Source of the DNA: an uncultured Acidobacteriota bacterium | Lineage (GTDB): Bacteria > Acidobacteriota > JAQAZP01 | Direction: 5' to 3' | DNA length: 64,000 nt | Assembly (NCBI GenBank): GCA_963836075.1 | Contig: CAWIIB010000001.1 | Coordinates: forward strand, 1,024,001 to 1,088,000 | In this document: one piece after another, positions 8,947 to 17,964 of the stretch | Layout: each line of letters begins with the position of its first letter | Position numbering within the stretch: the stretch's first letter is position 1 | The notes under the pieces: model-generated | The model's input: only the letters and a program-made list of their open reading frames with translations | Databases searched by the model: none | Told to the model about the DNA's origin: nothing | Position numbers and translations under genes: made by a program

Positions 8947-9909
8947 CTACTTGCCCATCGCATCGACTTCGCCACAGGTCTTCTTCACGGCGTTGATCGA
9001 GTGCTTCAGGGCCTTCTTCTCTTCCGGGGTCAGCTTGATCTTGATGATCTTCTCCACGCCGTCCTTGCCGAGGATGGCGGGAACGCCGACAAAGAGCCCC
9101 TTGACGCCGTATTCGCCTTCGAGCAGCGCGCAGACCGGGACGATCTTCTTCTTGTCATACATGATCGCCTCGACCATCTCCAGCGCCGACCAGGCCGGGC
9201 TGACAAAGGCCGAACCGGAGCCGAGCAGGCCGACCACCTCGCCGCCGGCCTTGCGGGTCCGGGCTTCGATGGCCTCGAGCTTCTTGGGGCTGACAAACTG
9301 TTCCACCGGCAGGCCGTAGACCCGGCAGGCGCTGCGGATCGGCACCATGGTGTCGCCATGACCGCCAAGCACCACCGCCTCGATGTTTTCCACCGAGACG
9401 CCGGCTGCTTCGGCTACGAAATACTTGTAGCGGCCCGAGTCGAGCACACCGGCCATACCGATGATCTTGTTCTTCGGACAATTCAGCTTCTTGAACAGGC
9501 GGTAGACGATGGCGTCCAGCGGGTTGGCCACGGAGATGACGAAGGCGTTGGGGCAGTACTTCTTGATCCCCGCGGCCACCTTGTCGGTGATCCCCAGGTT
9601 GATCGCCAGCAGCTCTTCGCGGCTGGGGAAGGTGCCGTCGGGCCGCACGGTGCGCGGCACGCCAGCGGTGTTGATCACGAAGTCGGACCCCTCGAGAACC
9701 TCGAAGGTCTGGCTCGCCTGGAAGTTGACGTCACGGCTGATGGTCGGCATCCCCTCGGCGATGTCGAGGCACTTGCCCTTTGCCAGGTTGGGGGGCTTGG
9801 GATCCACCAGGCCAACGTTGCGCGCGAGACCGCGCGAGACGATTTCCGATACCAGGACGCCGCCGATCTGGCCGCCGCCCACGAGTCCGATCTTGTTGAC
9901 CATCGACAT
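8947..9909 (-). CDS. mdh: Malate dehydrogenase (LDH-like type)
   Basis: GGGQIG, TAGVPR...SREELL, ANPLDA, GMAGVLDSGR and VLGGHGDTMVP motifs. Confidence 0.92.
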   Translation of the reverse strand: MSMVNKIGLVGGGQIGGVLVSEIVSRGLARNVGLVDPKPPNLAKGKCLDIAEGMPTISRDVNFQASQTFEVLEGSDFVINTAGVPRTVRPDGTFPSREELLAINLGITDKVAAGIKKYCPNAFVISVANPLDAIVYRLFKKLNCPKNKIIGMAGVLDSGRYKYFVAEAAGVSVENIEAVVLGGHGDTMVPIRSACRVYGLPVEQFVSPKKLEAIEARTRKAGGEVVGLLGSGSAFVSPAWSALEMVEAIMYDKKKIVPVCALLEGEYGVKGLFVGVPAILGKDGVEKIIKIKLTPEEKKALKHSINAVKKTCGEVDAMGK

Positions 9910-10169
9910 TCTCCTTGCTTAGAAAAATACCTTTTGCTCGGGTCCACAACAGGCGGGCAACCACTGTTGCCGCCAGTCTCTCCAAAAATATTCGCCGATA
10001 TTACCACCATGGGACAGGATAGGCCAGTGGAATTCACCGCCGTTGTCCCAATCCGTGAATATTTCTTCATGGCCGGGTGCCGCGGTCCGGTTGACCGGCG
10101 CTGAAGACCATGTTTCAATGAGAAAAATGCTCTTTTCTCACAACCTGGAGGCCTGAATCGCCGCCGGGA

Positions 10170-10589
10170 TCAGTTCCCCAGGTCGACGATGATCCGGTCC
10201 TGGTCCAGCCAGGCGGGCCAGGTCTGCAGCGGCAGGGTGGCCGGACCGTTCAGCACTTTTCCGTCGAGGTCGAAGAAAGACCCGTGGCAGGGGCACTCGA
10301 ACCGCGTGACCGCCCTGCGGTAGGCCACGGTGCACTTCTCGTGGCTGCAGATGGGGCTGACCGCGCTGACCCCATCTTCCGCATGGCGGGCCAGCAGCAC
10401 CTCCCGGCCCTTGAGCCGGATGGTGATCGACCCGCCCACCCGCTTGAGCCGCTTGACCCGGTCCAGCGGGATGGCCACCTTGCCCGCCCGGGCCGCGCGG
10501 CCCGGCCAGACAAAGAGCATCGCCGCCAGCAACGGCAGCAGCCGCTTGAAGAACCCCCGTCGGGAAAATGGAGACCGGCTGTGGTTCAT
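10170..10589 (-). CDS. Tat-exported Rieske [2Fe-2S] protein
   Basis: SRRGFFK twin-arginine motif; CSHEKC and FECPCHGS Rieske motifs. Confidence 0.9.
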   Translation of the reverse strand: MNHSRSPFSRRGFFKRLLPLLAAMLFVWPGRAARAGKVAIPLDRVKRLKRVGGSITIRLKGREVLLARHAEDGVSAVSPICSHEKCTVAYRRAVTRFECPCHGSFFDLDGKVLNGPATLPLQTWPAWLDQDRIIVDLGN

Positions 10590-10611
10590 CTGCTCAGGCC
10601 GCCGCCTCCGT

Positions 10612-11553
10612 TCATTCGCCCTGTCGCCGGAACCGGAACTCCCGGGTGATGGTGAACCCGAGGATCAGGTCACCGTAATCACGGAAGGTGTTGGTGGCGA
10701 TGCCGGTGGCTCCGAAATACTGGGTATTGGAAATCACCAGGGAAAAGGTGTGCTTGTTGGTGGTGGCCCGGAGAGAGGTGGAGAGCACAGGGTAGCGCTC
10801 ACTGAATCCGCCGACGTTGGCCACAACTTCCGTGTGCCAGGAGAAGCCGGGGGTGAAGCGGATGTCCAGTGTTCCGGGAACGGCCATGGAATAATCCGGG
10901 TCGCCGCGATCCCGGCCCTCATTCCAGGAATCGGAGTGGTAGAGCAGGCCGGTGCCCACCCTGACCCGCCGGCCAAAGGTGCGGTTGATCGCCAGCTGGC
11001 CGAAGAACCCCTGCTTGTCATCGGCCTCCCTTTTGGAGAACCAGGTCATCCCACCGCGAATCGAAACATCGAGAAAGTGCTTCTCCTGTTTCAGCGGCTG
11101 GTATTTGAGATCGAGGTCATAGGTATCGGTCTTGAACTGGTCCTGCGTGCCGTTGATCCGCTGCAGGCCCACGTCCAGGCCATCGAGGATGCCGTAGCGG
11201 GCGGCAAGGCCGATTTTCAGCAGCCCGCTGTCAAAACCGAAGAAGTCGTGAAAGGTATCCCTGGTGAAGGTCTTCCAGGCCCGGTGGTCCAGGACGAAGA
11301 TCAGCGAGCCCCGCCGCGCGGTTCGGGCCAGCAGCACGTTGATCGTCCTCTCGTCCCGCGCCTTGCCTTCATCGTCCCAGGTGGAGAGGCCGTCCACCTC
11401 CTCGATGAAATCGATTTCCTCGATCTCGTCCACGGCCTCTTCGGCAGCACCCTGTTCGTCAGTTCCCACAGCGGCGAACCCGGCACCGCCAGACAGCAGC
11501 ACCGTGAGCCCCAGCAACAGCATAAACAAGCAGTCTGTCCGGAGTTTTCTCAT
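10612..11553 (-). CDS. Outer-membrane beta-barrel protein, DUF5777-like
   Basis: Signal peptide; HR...FFGFDSG...GLAARYGI pattern; HTFSLVISN; terminal GFTITREF strand. Confidence 0.7.
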   Translation of the reverse strand: MRKLRTDCLFMLLLGLTVLLSGGAGFAAVGTDEQGAAEEAVDEIEEIDFIEEVDGLSTWDDEGKARDERTINVLLARTARRGSLIFVLDHRAWKTFTRDTFHDFFGFDSGLLKIGLAARYGILDGLDVGLQRINGTQDQFKTDTYDLDLKYQPLKQEKHFLDVSIRGGMTWFSKREADDKQGFFGQLAINRTFGRRVRVGTGLLYHSDSWNEGRDRGDPDYSMAVPGTLDIRFTPGFSWHTEVVANVGGFSERYPVLSTSLRATTNKHTFSLVISNTQYFGATGIATNTFRDYGDLILGFTITREFRFRRQGE

Positions 11554-11695
11554 TTCTGTTCCTCCTCGGCAGCAGGCGGGACCGGAGATCAGCCCTGTAC
11601 ACCTAACGGGGCTCCGGAAATGTTCTTTCCCATACGAAGACCGTAAAGAACGGGCCGCTCCATGTCAAGCTGTCCGCCTCGGGAAAGATTCAGGT

Positions 11696-12298
11696 TCAGG
11701 GGGAATTGTCGGCCGCGGGGCGGAGCGGAACCGTCACCACCGAGGAATAGGCCACCGGTTGGCCGAGGCTCATCGCCGGGTGGAACGTGTAGTCCCCCAG
11801 GGCATCCAGGACCAGGCGGTCCACTTCCCCGTTGCCCGAGGAAGAGACCAGTTTGAGATCGGTGACCAGGCCGTCCTCACCCACCCGGACATAGACCCGC
11901 GGGCGTTCAAGTGGTTCCCCGCGCAGCAGGGCCGCCGGAATCACCGGCCGCTGCCCGCTGATCCGCCGCGGCGGCAGGATTCGCTGCCCGCTGCCGTCGA
12001 GGGACAGAATACCACCGGAGTCATCAGCCGCACCTTCCGGGGCCGGGCCGGCAACACCGGCTTCCGGCCGGTCCGCCGGCGCCGCCGGACCAGCGGCCGG
12101 GGCCCGCTGGTCCACAACGACGGCAGGGGCTGTTTCCAGAAGGGTGCCAGGGGAAATTTGACCGGCCTCATCCGCCCGTTGAAACCACTTGATCGAGAAA
12201 AAGGCGAGCAGGATGATCGCCACCCCGACATAGAGGATCGGCCTGGGGAGACGCTGTCTTCTGCGGTTCTTCAGGTGTTCAAACCGGAACTGGTTCAT
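11696..12298 (-). CDS. TonB-family protein (N-terminal TM, Pro/Ala linker, TonB C-terminal domain)
   Basis: VRVGEDGLV...SSGNGEVD...FHPA...GQPV pattern. Confidence 0.75.
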   Translation of the reverse strand: MNQFRFEHLKNRRRQRLPRPILYVGVAIILLAFFSIKWFQRADEAGQISPGTLLETAPAVVVDQRAPAAGPAAPADRPEAGVAGPAPEGAADDSGGILSLDGSGQRILPPRRISGQRPVIPAALLRGEPLERPRVYVRVGEDGLVTDLKLVSSSGNGEVDRLVLDALGDYTFHPAMSLGQPVAYSSVVTVPLRPAADNSP

Positions 12299-12872
12299 CG
12301 GGGCGCCCGGCCAGCTCGTTTTTCAGGTACTGGGTCAGGATGTGGATCAGGATCAGGTGCGCCTCCTCGGAAAGGCCGTAGTTCTTCGGGCTGACCACCA
12401 GGGCCAGGTCGGCCAGACCGGCCAGCTTGCCGCCACCAAAACCGACCAGGCCGAGGGTGGCCGCCCCGTGTGACTTGGCGTACTCGATGCCGCGCAGCAC
12501 GTTGGGTGAATTGCCCGAAGCGCTGATCCCGATGGCCATATCCTGCGGCTCCACCAACCCCCGGAGCTGCTCTTCAAAGATCTCTTCGTAGCTGTAATCG
12601 TTACCCACTGCGGTGAGCACGGCGATGTTCTCGCTGAGGCTGATCGCCCGGAACCTCGGCTTGTCCGGGCTGGCCGTCCCTTTGGCCAGGTCCACGGCAA
12701 AATGCGAGGCGGTGACCGCACTGCCCCCGTTGCCAAAGATATAGATCCGGCCGCCGCGCCCCCGAGCCTCCTGCAGCATACCGGCCGCCTGGGCCACCTG
12801 GTCCCCGGAAATCTCGCCCAGCATCTCCCGCAGGCGCCCCACGTATTCCTCGCAATAGGTTTCTATTCCCAT
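12279..12872 (-). CDS. gmhA: Phosphoheptose isomerase (SIS domain)
   Basis: FGNGGSA, TAVGNDYSY, ISASGNSPNV and EEAHL motifs. Confidence 0.85.
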   Translation of the reverse strand: MGIETYCEEYVGRLREMLGEISGDQVAQAAGMLQEARGRGGRIYIFGNGGSAVTASHFAVDLAKGTASPDKPRFRAISLSENIAVLTAVGNDYSYEEIFEEQLRGLVEPQDMAIGISASGNSPNVLRGIEYAKSHGAATLGLVGFGGGKLAGLADLALVVSPKNYGLSEEAHLILIHILTQYLKNELAGRPDEPVPV

Positions 12873-13050
12873 GGCTCCTCTCAACTTGGTTTACACCGGG
12901 GGACCGTGAACCGTCCCCGGACACTGATCCTTTAACCGTTGAAGTATACCCGCTGGAACGGAACACCGTCTACGGTTTCTTCTTGTTCCGCCGGTTAAAA
13001 GAAGATATATTTCCCGGGATGAAACTCCTTTGTCTAACTCGGAGCGAATA

Positions 13051-13954
13051 ATGCGTATTCTGATTTCCGGCTCCGGCGGACTGGTGGGCCGCACCCTCTG
13101 CCGGGGCCTGACCGCCGCCCGGCACCAGATCACCCCCCTGGTTCGGCGGCGGCCCGGGTACACGCCTCCGGCGGAGTCGGTCTGGTGGAATCCCGTGGAC
13201 GGGGAACTGGACCTGGCGGGCCTGGAGGGTCACCAGGCGGTAATCCACCTGGCCGGTGAAAACATCGCCTCGGGCCGCTGGACCGCGGCCCGCAAAAAGA
13301 GGATACGGGAAAGCAGGGTCAGGGGACCGGCCTGCTGGCTGGTGCCCTGGCCCGGCTGGACAGCCCGCCGCACACGCTGATCTCGGCATCGGCCGTGGGA
13401 TATTACGGGAACCGGCCCCCGGAAGATATTCTGACGAGGGGTCACCACCGGGAGCGGGATTCCTCGCCGGGGTCTGCCGGGAGTGGGAAGCGGCGGCGGG
13501 GCCTGCCGCCGACGCCGGGATCAGGGTGGTCAACATCAGGTTCGGCGTGGTGCTCCACCCCGGCGACGGCGCCCTGGCCAGAATGCTGCCGGTGTTTCGC
13601 TGCGGTCTCGGCGGTCCGGTGGGCAACGGCCGGCAAATGATGAGCTGGGTCGCCGCCGACGAGCTGCCGCCGCTGATCTCCCACCTGCTGGAGGAACGGT
13701 CGCTGTCCGGGCCGGTGAACGCCGTGTCGCCCAACCCGGTTTCCAACAGAGCGTTCGGCCAGGCGCTGGGCCGGGTGCTCTCCCGCCCGGCGAAACTGCC
13801 GCTGCCGGCGGTGGCCGCCCGGCTGATGTTCGGCGAGATGGCGCAGGAACTGCTCCTCGGCGGGGCCGCAGTCCTGCCCCGGGCCCTGCTCGACTCCGGC
13901 TACCGCTTTGCCCACCCCGAACTGGAGCAGGCCCTGCGGGCCATGCTCGGCTGA
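13051..13954 (+). CDS. TIGR01777/YfcH-like NAD-dependent epimerase-family oxidoreductase (frame breaks near 13330 and 13420)
   Basis: MRILISGSGGLVG, HLAGENIA..RWT, then ISASAVGYYG and GFLAGVCREWE...GLGGPVGNGRQMMSW in shifted frames. Confidence 0.85.
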
Positions 13955-13980
13955 GCGCCGGGGGACGGGCAGACCCACCG

Positions 13981-15510
13981 CTACCAGGAAGCTCCCAGTT
14001 CGCCAACCTCGGCCTGCACGGCGTCCAGCACCCGGCATTCCCGCACGGCATCGGACATGTTGTTGTGGTCCGGGAAGAGCGGCCGGTCCTCGCCCAGGTG
14101 ATCCACAACCTCGCGCACGGCGGCGTGGGCCGCACGGGTGCCCCGGCCCGGCCGGTAGTCCCTGAAATCCAGGGCCTGGGCGCCGGCGATCAGCTCGATG
14201 CCGAGAACGCCGTGGGCGTTTTCCAGGATCTGCTTCGTCTTCAGCGCGGTGTTCATCCCCATGCTGACGAAGTCCTCCTGGTCGGCGGCGGCGGGGATCG
14301 ACTGGACGCAGGCCGGCATGGAGAGGGTCCGCTGCTCGACGATCAGCATGCCGGCGGTGTACTGGCTGAGCATGTGGCCGGAAAACATCCCCGCCCCCTC
14401 GGTGAGGAAAGCCGGCAGTCCAGCGCTGAGCGCCGGGTTGAGCAGCCGGTTGAGGCGGCGCTCGGAGAGCACGCTGACCATGGCCACCGAGGCGCCCACC
14501 ATGTCCAGGGGCAGGCTGATCGGCGTGCCCTGGAAGTTGGCGCCGGTGAGCACCGTATCCGTCTCGGGCACGAATATGGGGTTGTCCCCCACGCCGTTCA
14601 GTTCGATCTCGAACTGCTTGCGGGCGTAAGCCAGGTGGTCTCGGGCAGCCCCGATCACCTGGGGTGTGGAGCGCATGCTGTAGGCATCCTGGACCTTGGT
14701 CTTCACCCCCCCCAGCAGGTCGCTCTCCTCGATACAACGGCGGATGTTCGACGCCGAGGTTACCGCTCCCCGGAACCCGCGCAGCTCGTGCAGTTGGGAG
14801 AGATAAGGCTTCATATTGGCCCGCAGCGCCTCGAGGCTCATCGCGGCGGCGATCTCGGCCTGGCGGAGCCAGCGCTCCACATCGTAGATCTCGAGACAGC
14901 CCATACCGGAGATGAGATTGCTGCCGTTGATCACCGCCAGCCCGTCCCGGGCCTCGAGCACCACCGGTTTGATCCCCGCCCGCTCCAATGCAGCCTCGCC
15001 GCTGAGCCGCTGCCCCTCGAAAAACGCCTCACCCTTGCCCATCAGCACCAGGGCCACCTGGCTCATCGGGGCCAGGTCGCCGCAGGCCCCCACACTTCCT
15101 TTTTCGCAGACCATGGGGGTGACCCCGCGGTTGAGCATGTCGCAGATGGTCCGGGTGATCACCGGCCGGCAACCGGAATGGCCGTGGGCATGAACATTGG
15201 CCCGGGCAAACATCGCCGCCCGGACATGCTCCAGCGGCGCCGGCTCACCGATGCCGGCGGAATGGTTGTAGATCAGGTAGCGCTGGAAATCTTTCAACTG
15301 GTCATCGGAGAGCGCCACCTCGGAGAACTCACCGATTCCGGTGTTGACCCCGTACATGACCTCGCCGGCCTCGATCTTTCGCTCGAGCATCGCCCGGCAG
15401 ACCTTGATTCGCTCAACCGCCGCTCCGTCCAGTTCAACTTTTTCGTTGTGGCGGGCCACTGCCACCACGTCTTCGATGGTCAGGCCGCCGCCGGCAATCG
15501 TAATGGCCAT
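13981..15510 (-). CDS. Histidine/aromatic amino-acid ammonia-lyase family protein (MIO triad Ala-Cys-Gly)
   Basis: YGVNTGIG, GSVGACGDLAPM, GLAVING, QDAYSMR, DNP, GANFQG and QEDFVSMG motifs. Confidence 0.9.
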   Translation of the reverse strand: MAITIAGGGLTIEDVVAVARHNEKVELDGAAVERIKVCRAMLERKIEAGEVMYGVNTGIGEFSEVALSDDQLKDFQRYLIYNHSAGIGEPAPLEHVRAAMFARANVHAHGHSGCRPVITRTICDMLNRGVTPMVCEKGSVGACGDLAPMSQVALVLMGKGEAFFEGQRLSGEAALERAGIKPVVLEARDGLAVINGSNLISGMGCLEIYDVERWLRQAEIAAAMSLEALRANMKPYLSQLHELRGFRGAVTSASNIRRCIEESDLLGGVKTKVQDAYSMRSTPQVIGAARDHLAYARKQFEIELNGVGDNPIFVPETDTVLTGANFQGTPISLPLDMVGASVAMVSVLSERRLNRLLNPALSAGLPAFLTEGAGMFSGHMLSQYTAGMLIVEQRTLSMPACVQSIPAAADQEDFVSMGMNTALKTKQILENAHGVLGIELIAGAQALDFRDYRPGRGTRAAHAAVREVVDHLGEDRPLFPDHNNMSDAVRECRVLDAVQAEVGELGASW

Positions 15511-15722
15511 AACGTTCAGTTCTCCTAAAAGTGGTCGCCCTCTTCAGTGCACGCGGCTGTCAGCGTCTGTCCGGTGGCATCCCCAGCCGCAAAACAGCCC
15601 AATAATAGCGCCGGAAGCCGCGTTCGTCGAGGGGGAAATCCTATCCGGCGGCACTCTGCATGATATACTCGCCGGGATCAACCGGGCCTTTGCCCGCACA
15701 CCAAGCACGGAGGAAATCATCC

Positions 15723-17213
15723 ATGATCCGACTGGCAAAAATCGTCTTCACCGGCTGCCTGTTATTGATGATGATGGTTCCCGCCGCGGCAAAGGACGCC
15801 GCCGGCGAGTTCGACCGCTGGTTCGTCGACCGCACCCTGCGGGTGGACTACTACCACATCGGCAATGCGGAGGAGGAGGCCGTAACCCTCGACCGGTTGT
15901 ATGAACAGGGGACGTGGGCCGGCAGCACTGAGAACCTCCTCGACACCCGCAACAACGGGGCCTTTTACGTCAAGGTGTTCGACGCGGCCACCAACCAGTT
16001 GATCTTCAGCCGCGGATTCGACACCATTTTCCGCGAATACCAGACAACAGCCCCGGCCGCCGCCGGGGTCAGCCGCACCTTTCACGAGAGCTTCCTGATG
16101 CCCCGGCCAAAGAGGCCGTTCCAGTGGACGATGGAACGGCGTGACCGGACCAACCACCTCACACCGGTGTTCAGCACGGTGATCGACCCCAACGAGGTGA
16201 CGGTGGTCCGGGACGCACTGATTCCGGGCGTGTCCACGGCGCTGCACCACGAGGGCGGGCACCCGCACCGCTGCGTGGACTTTCTGCTGGTGGCCGACGG
16301 TTACACCGCGGAGGAGGAGGAGAAGTTTGCCGCAGACTGCCGGCGGATGACCGAAATGCTCTTCCGCTACGAACCCTACAGCTCCGAAAAAACAGCGATC
16401 AACGTGCGCAGCGTTTTCCGGGCCAGCGCGGAAAGCGACGTCAGCAAGCCCCACTTCGGCGAGTACCGCAGCGGTTCGGTGGGCACCAGTTTCTACTCCC
16501 TCGGATCGCCCCGCTACCTGCTCACCGAGGACAACCGGGCCCTGCGCGATGTGGCGGCCCACGCTCCCTATGACGCCCTGTGCATCCTGGTCAACACCGC
16601 CACCTACGGCGGCGGCGGGATATACAACCTCTACGCCACCAACGCCGTGGACAACCAGTGGGCCGAATACCTCTTCATCCACGAAATGGGCCACAGCTTT
16701 GCCGGACTGGCCGACGAATACTACACCTCGTCCACCGCGTACGACGAGGAGGCCTTCTATCCGCCCGGCATCGAACCGCTGGAGCCGAACATCACCCGCC
16801 TGATCGGTGACCCGGTGCCGAAGTGGAACGACGCGGCCGACGCCGGCCAGTACCCCACGCCCTGGGGCAAGGAGGCCTACGACGCCGCCGACCGGGCCTA
16901 CCAGGTGGAACGGGGAAAAATGAACCGCAAAATCGCCGACGCCAAACGTGCGGGCGCGGAAGCCGAACTGATCGCCGGATTGGAGGAGGAGTCGGCGCGC
17001 CTGAGCCGGGAGGCCGCGGCACGGGCCGACGCCATCCTGCGCCAGGACCCGAACTTCGGCAAGGTCGGCGCCTTCGAGGGCGCCGGCTACTGCAGCAGCG
17101 GTGTCTACCGGCCCGAACTGGACTGCATCATGTTTACCAAGGGGAGCAAGCCCTTCTGCCGGGTCTGCCGCGCGGCCATCGAGCGCACCATCCGCCACCA
17201 CACCGGAAGGTAG
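15723..17213 (+). CDS. Secreted M64-family metallopeptidase (IgA peptidase-like)
   Basis: Signal peptide, DRTLRVDYYH, DGYT, YGGGGIYN, HEMGHSFAGLADEY, C-terminal CIM...FCRVC. Confidence 0.9.
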   Translation: MIRLAKIVFTGCLLLMMMVPAAAKDAAGEFDRWFVDRTLRVDYYHIGNAEEEAVTLDRLYEQGTWAGSTENLLDTRNNGAFYVKVFDAATNQLIFSRGFDTIFREYQTTAPAAAGVSRTFHESFLMPRPKRPFQWTMERRDRTNHLTPVFSTVIDPNEVTVVRDALIPGVSTALHHEGGHPHRCVDFLLVADGYTAEEEEKFAADCRRMTEMLFRYEPYSSEKTAINVRSVFRASAESDVSKPHFGEYRSGSVGTSFYSLGSPRYLLTEDNRALRDVAAHAPYDALCILVNTATYGGGGIYNLYATNAVDNQWAEYLFIHEMGHSFAGLADEYYTSSTAYDEEAFYPPGIEPLEPNITRLIGDPVPKWNDAADAGQYPTPWGKEAYDAADRAYQVERGKMNRKIADAKRAGAEAELIAGLEEESARLSREAAARADAILRQDPNFGKVGAFEGAGYCSSGVYRPELDCIMFTKGSKPFCRVCRAAIERTIRHHTGR

Positions 17214-17224
17214 CACCAAAATTC

Positions 17225-17275
17225 AAAAAGAAGGGGGACAGACACCCCAAGACGGTTGCCAGTCCCCCTTTTTTC
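17225..17275. terminator. Bidirectional terminator between convergent M64 peptidase and adk
   Basis: AAAAAGAAGGGGGAC...GTCCCCCTTTTTT inverted repeat. Confidence 0.75.
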
Positions 17276-17298
17276 TGCTCGGGCCTCAAACTGAGGTT

Positions 17299-17868
17299 TT
17301 ACCCGAAAATCGCACTGATCCGCTCGAACACCTCGTCGATGGTCCCGATCCCATCCACGTTGCGCACCACACCCTGCGGGCCGTAATAGTCGAGGCACGG
17401 CTCGCTCTGGTTCTTGTAGGTGTCGATGCGATTCTGGACGATGGAGCTGTCGGCGTCGTCGGCTCGGCCCTCGATGTCCGCCCGCTTGGAGAGCCGGCCG
17501 AAGATCTCCTCCTCGGCAACCGCGATGTTGATCACGTGGTCCAGGGGCAGCCCCAGTTCCTCGAGGATTCCGTTCAGCGCTTCGGCCTGGGGCACGCTGC
17601 GCGGGAACCCGTCAAGCAGGAACCCGGCCTTGACGTCATCCCTGCTCAGACGCTCGCGGACCATGGCGATGGTCACATCGTCGGGCACCAACTGGCCCTT
17701 GTTGGAGTAGGACTGGGCAGTCTGTCCCAGCTCGGTCCCGTTCTTGATGTGGTAGCGGAACATGTCTCCGGTGGAGATGTGGGGGACGTTGAGCAGGTCG
17801 ATCAGTTTTGCCGCCTGGGTGCCCTTGCCGGCTCCCGGAGGTCCGAAGAGTACGATGTTTTTGGCCAT
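17299..17868 (-). CDS. adk: Adenylate kinase (short-LID type)
   Basis: GPPGAGKGTQA, HISTGDMFR, LLDGFPR and GRADD motifs. Confidence 0.96.
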   Translation of the reverse strand: MAKNIVLFGPPGAGKGTQAAKLIDLLNVPHISTGDMFRYHIKNGTELGQTAQSYSNKGQLVPDDVTIAMVRERLSRDDVKAGFLLDGFPRSVPQAEALNGILEELGLPLDHVINIAVAEEEIFGRLSKRADIEGRADDADSSIVQNRIDTYKNQSEPCLDYYGPQGVVRNVDGIGTIDEVFERISAIFG

Positions 17869-17964
17869 GACATCCTCACTTGTTGGAATAACGGTGCACT
17901 TCTAATCAAACACCTCCCGGGGAGGTGAAAAACCGTCATCACCTGGGAAACCGCCGGGCCCGGA

